Assembly (NCBI GenBank): GCA_963823655.1
Contig: CAWGMK010000011.1
Span: 1-10,285, forward strand
Direction of reading: 5' to 3'
From: an uncultured Bacillota bacterium
GTDB taxonomy: Bacteria; Bacillota; DTU025; MWDF01
Length of the DNA stretch: 10,285 bases
Made by a program: the position numbers and the translations under genes. Position 1 is the first letter of the stretch, and each line of letters begins with the position of its first letter. The notes beneath the pieces are model-generated. The model saw only the letters and a list, made by a program, of their open reading frames with translations, was not told where the DNA came from and searched no databases. Of the stretch, positions 9,053 through 10,285 are shown one piece after another.

Positions 9053-10089
9053 ATGAATGCCAAAGTCATGGTTGAGGTAGATTGGCTGAGGAAGATCTCC
9101 CGTAGAATCCTTGAGATGCGCGGCGTAAGACAAGGATTGCTCCGATGTTGTGACCGACATGCTCGTCGAGGCGGACCTGTGGGGGAGGAATTCCCATGGA
9201 ACAATGCGCCTCGCTAAATGGGCACCCGGGATCGAAGAGGGAACGATAGCCAAGCGCAATGAGATGAAGCTTATTAGAAGAAGCGGCTCCATCGAGTGGT
9301 TCGAGGGGAATATGACTCTTGGCCCCGTCTCCGCAATGACGGCGATTGAATTGTGCCTGAAAAGGGCAAAGGAATCCGGAGTGGCAATCTGCTGCGTATC
9401 CGGCGCGTCCCACATAGGAATGCTGGGCTATTACGCCCAGAAGGCAGCCCTCAAGGGGCAAATCGGGATAATAATGTGCAATACGGAGCCTGCCATGGCA
9501 CCTTACGGAGGTTTAGATAAGGTGATTGGCACAAATCCGATTGCGGTGGGGATACCTTCCGGCGTTAATCCGCCAATAGTGCTTGATATGGCAACTACAG
9601 TGCATGCAAGGGGAAGAGTTGTGGAAGCCCTCGAAGAGGGCGAAGAGTTGCCGGCAGGATGGGCTGAGGACGCCTTCGGTGAGCCGACAATAGATCCAGC
9701 CAAGGCGCTTGAAGGCTCACTGCTTCCCGACCGGGGGCGTAAAAGGATACGCCCTGGCAATAATAGTGGACATACTCTCCGGCGCCCTCTCCGGAAGCTC
9801 GGTCGGCACAGGCGTGCTCGGCTCTCACGATATGAGCAAGCCTTCCTCAAGAGGGGACTTCTACATGACAATAGACCCGGACCATACAGTAGGCCGTTCA
9901 GCGTTTGAGGCATCTGTTATGGACCTTGCGGGACAGATCAGGTCTTCAAGGACTAAAGAGGGAATGTCGATAATGCTGCCGGGCGACCCGGAAATGGACG
10001 AAAGGCAGAGAAGGCTTGAAAAGGGCATACCGATGGTACAGTCGATAGTGCAGAAGCTCGAGATGCTGGCCAGCATGCAAGCAAAGTAG
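9053..10089 (+). CDS. Ldh_2 family (malate/L-lactate/sulfolactate/ureidoglycolate) 2-hydroxyacid dehydrogenase, ComC-like (frameshifts ~9130, ~9730)
   Basis: GGAGG RBS and ATG 9053. Motifs LVEADLWGRNSHG, SHIGMLGYYA, NTEPAMAPYGG...IGTNPIAVGIP, VLDMAT, PTIDP..AL.G.LLP.GG.KGYALA and MLPGDPE across ORFs 9150..9908 and 9709..10089. Confidence 0.92.
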
Positions 10090-10166
10090 TGCAAACATAC
10101 ATCCGTGTCCGGCTTGGCTGAGCAACAGGCAAAATAGCAAATCCGTAAGACACATCCGAAATGACG

Positions 10167-10220
10167 GACGATGACGGCTTTCTCAGTGGGGTTCAGACCT
10201 GAGAAGGCCGTCATCGTTTA
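10167..10220. terminator. Long inverted repeat, probable bidirectional terminator closing the operon
   Basis: ACGATGACGGCTTTCTCAG-(12 nt)-CTGAGAAGGCCGTCATCGT is a 19-bp stem with one G-U pair, followed by TTAAATCTCTTGTTT. Confidence 0.7.
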
Positions 10221-10234
10221 AATCTCTTGTTTAG

Positions 10235-10285
10235 TTAAACCTGCTCGTAATCAGTATAATCAGGCTCATCGAATATGAAGCGGAA
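10235..10285 (-). CDS. Possible 3' end of a convergent gene
   Basis: The minus frame FRFIFDEPDYTDYEQV-TAA is open from the window edge and stops just before the hairpin. Too short to identify. Confidence 0.3.
   Translation of the reverse strand, partial: FRFIFDEPDYTDYEQV

Noticed and set aside
8119-10089. Standard phosphonate biosynthetic gene cluster
   Set aside because: No ppd, aminotransferase, phosphonomethylmalate synthase, nucleotidyltransferase or export/tailoring genes in the operon, and an importer plus RpiR are present. Not fully excluded, since Ldh_2 could pull PnPy reductively, but less parsimonious.
3098-10089. Calling the operon genes pseudogenes or programmed frameshifts
   Set aside because: Indels are scattered across all genes, including unrelated ones, with motifs intact and no consistent slippery-site pattern. 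Sequencing error explains them better.

Overview
Bacterial genomic DNA in which nearly every gene is broken by single-base indels. This looks like an uncorrected long read or unpolished assembly, so I rebuilt genes by hand across frames. Left part (minus strand): two tandem, divergent paralogous secreted/lipoproteins (~292-992 and 1254-1926), a 30-nt poly-G tract, and a conserved hypothetical protein with a PD-(D/E)XK-like motif (~2056-2801). Right part (plus strand): an RpiR/MurR regulator, then an apparent operon of a tripartite tricarboxylate transporter (tctC-tctA-tctB), a beta-hydroxyacid/6PGD-like NAD(P) oxidoreductase, a PEP phosphomutase (pep[11 protein letters not shown] motif) and an Ldh_2/ComC-like 2-hydroxyacid dehydrogenase, closed by a long hairpin. 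PepM is normally a phosphonate biosynthesis marker, but here it sits with an importer, a regulator and dehydrogenases and has no Ppd or other biosynthetic partner. This suggests a catabolic pathway: import of a C3 phosphonate (e.g. phosphonolactate), oxidation to phosphonopyruvate, and conversion to PEP by PepM running in its favourable direction. That would be an energy-conserving C-P bond cleavage route.
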